Positions 26,171-30,130 of a DNA stretch of 30,130 nucleotides are shown piece by piece; the first letter of the stretch is position 1; each line of letters opens with the position of its first letter. Made by a program: the position numbers and the translations under genes. Below the pieces are notes generated by a model. The model made no database searches. It had not been told where the DNA came from and saw only the letters and a program-made list of their open reading frames with translations. The DNA lies in IMG/VR virus record IMGVR_UViG_3300045988_128138; one strand, written 5' to 3'. Source of the DNA: a virus.

Positions 26171-26428
26171 ATGATAGCGTATAGATTAGAAAGCAATAAA
26201 GAATTAGAAATAGTTAATAATAGTTGGTTGTATGATGTTGACAAAGATTTTATAAGTAAAAAAGAATACATAGCAGCAGCTAAAAAGTTTACTGAAAAAG
26301 CAAACAAAGAATTTAACACAAATTATAGCTGGGTTGAATTGTTTGGCGAACCGTTAAGCTGTGGTTATAGGTATTGTAAAAAATGTGGTACGTTTTATTG
26401 GAATAGTGAAGAGTGCGAGTGCTTATAA
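26171..26428 (+). CDS. hypothetical protein (85 aa) with a C-terminal Cys4-6 zinc-ribbon-like cluster
   Basis: CGYRYCKKCGTFYWNSEECEC; RBS AAGGAGG. Confidence 0.45.
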   Translation: MIAYRLESNKELEIVNNSWLYDVDKDFISKKEYIAAAKKFTEKANKEFNTNYSWVELFGEPLSCGYRYCKKCGTFYWNSEECECL

Positions 26429-26467
26429 TGTGTCATTATGAAACAAATATAAGGAGGAGTAAACAAA

Positions 26468-26680
26468 ATGGAACAAATTAAAAGATTAGAATTAAAAGTT
26501 TTACGTGTTAAAAATGATTTGACGCAAAGACAAGCTGCAAAATTATTAGGTGTAAGCTTAGCGACTTACAATTTAATTGAAAATGGTAACCGTCGTGGAT
26601 CCGTAGATTTTTGGAATAAAGTACAAAAACAATTTAATTTAACTGGGGAGGAAGTATGGAACTTACAAAAGCACATTTAA
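26468..26680 (+). CDS. Cro-like / XRE-family small HTH regulator
   Basis: 70 aa; LTQRQAAKLLGVSLATYNLIENGNR HTH. Confidence 0.6.
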   Translation: MEQIKRLELKVLRVKNDLTQRQAAKLLGVSLATYNLIENGNRRGSVDFWNKVQKQFNLTGEEVWNLQKHI

Positions 26681-26832
26681 GACTATTAACTAACAAACAA
26701 AGTAAAGCGTATGCGTTTAATGTGCCATTACGCAACGTTTTAAAGCCTTGTGTAAGCGAACGAAAATAAAAAGGTGGGTAAATATTCAACTCAAACGCTC
26801 ACAAACGCTATAGCAAAGGAGGAAAGCAAGCA

Positions 26833-26985
26833 ATGGAGCAAACTTTAATAGAAAAAATACAAAAACATTTAATAAGCACTATACCGCACATAACAGATAA
26901 GCAATTAAACGAATTAACACAAGTATTTTTATTTTTACATAAAGAAAACGGACGAAATAAGTTAAAAAAGAGCAAAGCGCAATAA
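26833..26985 (+). CDS. hypothetical small protein (50 aa)
   Basis: not in the track (<60 aa); strong RBS AAAGGAGGAAAGC, nearly identical to the organizer RBS context. Confidence 0.35.
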   Translation: MEQTLIEKIQKHLISTIPHITDKQLNELTQVFLFLHKENGRNKLKKSKAQ

Positions 26986-27016
26986 TTACACAACAAAACA
27001 ATAAAAACGCAAAAAT

Positions 27017-27035
27017 AGCCCGTTTTTAGGGCTGA
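27017..27035 (+). other. hairpin TAGCCCGTTTTTAGGGCT; near-duplicate of the element at 4363..4381
   Basis: 5-bp stem AGCCC/GGGCT; lies directly before the RBS of the recombinase gene. Confidence 0.3.
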
Positions 27036-27046
27036 AAGGAGGAAAT

Positions 27047-27664
27047 ATGAGAAGTTATAAAATAGAGGCTGGGCAAAGTTCAGTAAACCCTATAAGAGAT
27101 CAAGACGACTTATACAATTGTATTCATTTTTGGGAAAAGAAAAGAGATCAAGCTCCAACCGAAGCAAAAAGAAAAAATTATGATAGAAACTACTTAATGT
27201 TTCTTGTTGGTATTAATACAGCGTTACGATTTAGCGATTTAAGACGTTTGACTGTAGAAAAAGTCAAAAACAATTATATTTACCAGCGAGATAAAAAAAC
27301 TGGTAAAGAAAATAAGATCACTTTAAATAGTGACATTTACAAAGAAGTAATGGCCTATATCAAGCGCAACGCTTTACACGATAGCGATTATTTATTCTGG
27401 AGCAGCAAAGGTGTTAATAAGCCTCTTACAAGGGTAATGGGCTACAACATTATGCAGCAAATGAAAGAGGGTTGCAAAATAGCATATAACATTGGCACAC
27501 ATTCGTTAAGAAAAACATACGGCTACTGGTTTTATAAACAAACTGGCGATATAGTGGCCTTGCAAGCAATTTTAAACCATAGCACACCAGCACAAACGTT
27601 GATCTATATAGGTATGCAGCAAAAGCAAGTTGACGAAAAGAGAAAAGCATTTGTTTTAAAGTAG
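27047..27664 (+). CDS. small tyrosine recombinase (catalytic domain only, FimB/FimE- or Xer-like in size)
   Basis: 205 aa; ALRFSDLRRL (Arg I), GTHSLRKTYG (His-x-x-Arg), LNHSTPAQTLIYIGM (His...Tyr nucleophile); no N-terminal core-binding domain. Confidence 0.65.
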   Translation: MRSYKIEAGQSSVNPIRDQDDLYNCIHFWEKKRDQAPTEAKRKNYDRNYLMFLVGINTALRFSDLRRLTVEKVKNNYIYQRDKKTGKENKITLNSDIYKEVMAYIKRNALHDSDYLFWSSKGVNKPLTRVMGYNIMQQMKEGCKIAYNIGTHSLRKTYGYWFYKQTGDIVALQAILNHSTPAQTLIYIGMQQKQVDEKRKAFVLK

Positions 27665-27672
27665 GTGGTTAT

Positions 27673-27825
27673 ATGGGTTGTATTGCTGGAAGCGGAAAGA
27701 AAGGTTATTTAATTAATAAAATAAAGCAATTGACTAATAAATATAAAAATAGCAGATTATACAGCAAAAATATTAGTCAATTAGAAAAAATACTTAACAA
27801 ATTAGAAAAGGAGGCTAAAGAATGA
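27673..27825 (+). CDS. hypothetical small protein (50 aa)
   Basis: not in the track; RBS GTAGGTGG; overlaps the next gene as ATGA. Confidence 0.3.
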   Translation: MGCIAGSGKKGYLINKIKQLTNKYKNSRLYSKNISQLEKILNKLEKEAKE

Positions 27826-28037
27826 AAATAAATAGAGAAGATCCATTATTAAATCACTTTTTAGGGTGCAAAGTTGAAATAACTTTTAAAAACGGATCTA
27901 AAGCAGTTGGGGTGCTGTCAAAAAACGAAAATAAGTATTACGCAGCAGAATACAAGTTAAAGTATTTAGATACATTAAGCGGTTGTCAATTAATATTTTA
28001 TAAATCGCAAGTTAAAAAGATAGAGTTAGTTTCATAA
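27822..28037 (+). CDS. hypothetical protein (71 aa)
   Basis: RBS AAGGAGG. Confidence 0.4.
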   Translation: MKINREDPLLNHFLGCKVEITFKNGSKAVGVLSKNENKYYAAEYKLKYLDTLSGCQLIFYKSQVKKIELVS

Positions 28038-28057
28038 GAGGTACTAAATGAAAACAT

Positions 28058-28366
28058 ATGAAGAAAGAAAGATTGTTTGATATTAATAGTTTAGAAATTA
28101 ACCCTTTATATATTTCGCCTACTGAAAAAAGAAAATGGACTGTTGCTTTTACAAAATGGTGCAACGATCAATACGATAAATATGGCTCACAATATGGTTT
28201 ATTTTGTTGCAGCTTTATGAGAATTTGTGATTTATGCGAAATGAAAAAGTGTAATGGTTGTGCTGATTGTGTAGAAACTATAAAAGAATGGTTTAAAAAA
28301 CAAGGCAAAGAAATTCCTTACAAAAATTATAATTTTGAAGAAATTTTAAAAGAGATAGAAGAATAA
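28058..28366 (+). CDS. hypothetical Cys-rich protein (102 aa), possibly zinc-binding
   Basis: CCSFMRICDLCEMKKCNGCADC cluster. Confidence 0.4.
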   Translation: MKKERLFDINSLEINPLYISPTEKRKWTVAFTKWCNDQYDKYGSQYGLFCCSFMRICDLCEMKKCNGCADCVETIKEWFKKQGKEIPYKNYNFEEILKEIEE

Positions 28367-28425
28367 ATAAAAAACCGAAATATACTTTATAGAACATTTT
28401 TAAAGAGAAAAAGGAGGTATAAAAA

Positions 28426-28707
28426 ATGCGTAATAAAGTTTGTTGGGACGTTCAAAAATCGAAAGGTAAAGATCAATATACATATTATTGTTTTATTGAT
28501 GATCCTAATAATAGACCAATGGAAAGACGAGCAATACAAAGTACTATTGAAGATATTGAAAATAAAATAAAAAAACTAACTCCAGTTGTTAACCTTGTGA
28601 ATGAGTTAAGAAAAAATTTAAAAGAGTTAGAAACTTTAAAACGATTAATCGACGAGCGAAATTATAATCAAGCAATGGAGGAAAGCAACGATGGAAAAAA
28701 TAATTAA
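28426..28707 (+). CDS. hypothetical protein (93 aa)
   Basis: RBS AAAGGAGG. Confidence 0.4.
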   Translation: MRNKVCWDVQKSKGKDQYTYYCFIDDPNNRPMERRAIQSTIEDIENKIKKLTPVVNLVNELRKNLKELETLKRLIDERNYNQAMEESNDGKNN

Positions 28708-28936
28708 ATTATTAGAAGAAAAAGGTATTATTAAAATTATTAAAGCAGCTGAAAAAAAGGCTGATATTACGGCTGGAATAATGAATATCGAAAAAACTGA
28801 TAATGAGTTATTAATTGGTATAAAAACCGCACTTCTACGAACTGCTGTTAAAAATGAGGAACTTTTTGACGCAATTATTGATTATGCGTTTGAAGCTGTA
28901 GCAAAAGAAGTAATGGAACTTATCAAGGAGGAATAA
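28691..28936 (+). CDS. hypothetical protein (81 aa)
   Basis: RBS GGAGGAAAGC; overlaps the upstream gene. Confidence 0.4.
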   Translation: MEKIIKLLEEKGIIKIIKAAEKKADITAGIMNIEKTDNELLIGIKTALLRTAVKNEELFDAIIDYAFEAVAKEVMELIKEE

Positions 28937-28940
28937 AAAA

Positions 28941-29120
28941 ATGAAGGGAATAATAATTATAGGAATTGTAATATTCAGTTTAAACATACTAGCTGATATT
29001 ATTATAGTTATTGGCAAGTTATTAGACCAATACGAACTTGATAATAGTTGTGTTAGTGTTACTATTATAACTGATATTTTTTGGTTGGTATTTTTTATAC
29101 TTTTCTTAACTCAATTATAA
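28941..29120 (+). CDS. small hydrophobic membrane protein (59 aa, two TM segments)
   Basis: not in the track; RBS AAGGAGG; MKGIIIIGIVIFSLNILADIIIVIG...IFWLVFFILFL. Confidence 0.4.
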   Translation: MKGIIIIGIVIFSLNILADIIIVIGKLLDQYELDNSCVSVTIITDIFWLVFFILFLTQL

Positions 29121-29142
29121 GAATTTAAAGGAGGAATAAAAA

Positions 29143-29529
29143 ATGGAAGAAAAACAACTTAAAGAAATATTAGAAAAGCACCAAAAAATGCTTAATAATG
29201 AAGCTGGTGGAGAATTAGCAAATTTAAGCAATGCAGATTTAAGACGTGCAAATTTAAGCGGTGCAGATTTAAGCGGTGCAGATTTAAGCGGTGCAGATTT
29301 AAGCGGTGCAGATTTAAGACGTGCATATTTAAGACGTGCATATTTAAGCGGTGTAAATTTAAGCTATGCATATTTAAGACGTGCAAATTTAAGCGGTGCA
29401 GATTTAAGCAATGCAAATTTAAGCGGTGCAGATTTAAGCTATGCACATTTAAGACGTGCAGATTTAAGCGGTGCAGATTTAAGCGGTGCAGATTTAAGCT
29501 ATGCAAAAATCTATTACACAAAATTCTAA
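29143..29529 (+). CDS. pentapeptide-repeat protein
   Basis: about 19 consecutive A(D/N)LS(G/Y/R/N)-type pentapeptides (ADLSGADLSGADLRRAYLRRAYLSGVNLSY...); RBS AAAGGAGG. Confidence 0.8.
   Translation: MEEKQLKEILEKHQKMLNNEAGGELANLSNADLRRANLSGADLSGADLSGADLSGADLRRAYLRRAYLSGVNLSYAYLRRANLSGADLSNANLSGADLSYAHLRRADLSGADLSGADLSYAKIYYTKF
29213..29510 (+). repeat. about 20 tandem 15-nt repeats (unit close to GATTTAAGCGGTGCA), in frame within the pentapeptide-repeat gene
   Basis: read directly; near-perfect nucleotide-level periodicity. Confidence 0.85.
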
Positions 29530-29540
29530 AGAGGTAGACA

Positions 29541-29765
29541 ATGAATAAATTAACTATTAATTGGATCATTAGTACGCTTAATAAAAGCGGTATTAATTCA
29601 AAAAAGCAAATAAGAGAACGGTTGCAAAATGCTAGTATCGAAGAATTAGAAGACTTGGAAAAATCAATACAAGGAATTATTACAGAAAAGATTTTAGAGC
29701 AAGATTTTAAGAAAACATACGCAACAATTGTAAAGCCGCAAGACGTTTTAAACAAAAAAGATTAG
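29541..29765 (+). CDS. hypothetical protein (74 aa)
   Basis: RBS AGAGG. Confidence 0.4.
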   Translation: MNKLTINWIISTLNKSGINSKKQIRERLQNASIEELEDLEKSIQGIITEKILEQDFKKTYATIVKPQDVLNKKD

Positions 29766-29780
29766 AAGAGGAGGCCAACA

Positions 29781-30089
29781 ATGGCAAAATTAAATAAAAC
29801 GACTGAAATAGTCAAAACAATTTTATTAGAAAATGAAGCAGCAAGATCAGACGATTTTATATTAATATTAGAAGTTTTTAAAACTTTTGGAATTAAAGAA
29901 GACGACGAAATAGGCGACGTTTTCAAAGTGCATAAAGAAAAGGCATTGCCTAGTATTCACTCAATTGTAAGAGTAAGACGCTTTATACAATCTAAACACC
30001 CAGAATTAGTAGATCAAAAAGCAATACAGCAAAGAAAAGAAGAAGAAAAGATTTATAAAAAGTGGGCTAGAGAAAAGAGAGCAATATAA
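29781..30089 (+). CDS. hypothetical protein (102 aa); same gene whose 3' end appears at 1..77
   Basis: RBS GAGGAGG; basic C-terminus. Confidence 0.45.
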   Translation: MAKLNKTTEIVKTILLENEAARSDDFILILEVFKTFGIKEDDEIGDVFKVHKEKALPSIHSIVRVRRFIQSKHPELVDQKAIQQRKEEEKIYKKWAREKRAI

Positions 30090-30130
30090 TGACTTACATT
30101 GTTATTGAAAATAGAAAAACGAAAAAAAGA

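Noticed and set aside
29213-29510. The regular 15-nt repeats could be a CRISPR-like or satellite array
   Set aside because: The repeats are in frame, contiguous with no spacers, and encode a canonical pentapeptide-repeat protein with an RBS and unique termini. They are coding, not CRISPR.
1-30130. Alternative genetic code (TGA = Trp, Mollicute host), which would explain the missing endolysin
   Set aside because: Trp is consistently TGG, and long ORFs (TerL, TMP, capsid) are intact and tightly packed under the standard code with TGA acting as a stop, for example in the xis/int overlap ATGA. There is no sign of TGA read-through.

Overview
The window holds slightly more than one unit of a circularly closed temperate siphovirus-type phage or prophage genome of about 30,011 bp. 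Bases 1-119 recur verbatim at 30012-30130. It is AT-rich, uses the standard genetic code (Trp = TGG throughout, so no TGA recoding), and almost every gene is on the + strand. The modules run in this order. Lysogeny: tyrosine integrase, Xis-like and cI-like repressor on the - strand, then a cro-like gene. Early/replication: DnaD-like replisome organizer, G39P-like loader, RusA, MazG-like protein, a small Dam-like methyltransferase and a ParB-N::methyltransferase fusion. An unusual accessory block follows (4.3-9.3 kb): a lysine-rich basic protein, an HTH TerS-like protein, four beta-rich proteins of unknown function (one a codon-usage outlier), an HNH::P-loop kinase fusion and a small membrane protein. 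Packaging: candidate cos region, small TerS-like gene and TerL. Head: HK97-type portal, prohead protease and capsid protein with an N-terminal scaffold-like coiled coil. Tail: connectors, major tail protein, G/G-T chaperone with a canonical -1 slippery site, tape measure, Dit, Tal, then XhlA-like and holin-like proteins and a beta-helix receptor-binding protein. No recognisable endolysin is present. Other points of interest are a 7-copy intergenic motif (tTAATGTGTCRYTATGTTAG) sitting just after stop codons at module boundaries; a consensus sigma70 promoter driving a 2-gene operon of unknown function between the repressor and cro (candidate lysogen-expressed defence or exclusion genes); a pentapeptide-repeat (DNA-mimic-like) protein built from 15-nt tandem repeats; a second, minimal tyrosine recombinase in the early region; and arm-type repeats next to int marking the likely attP.
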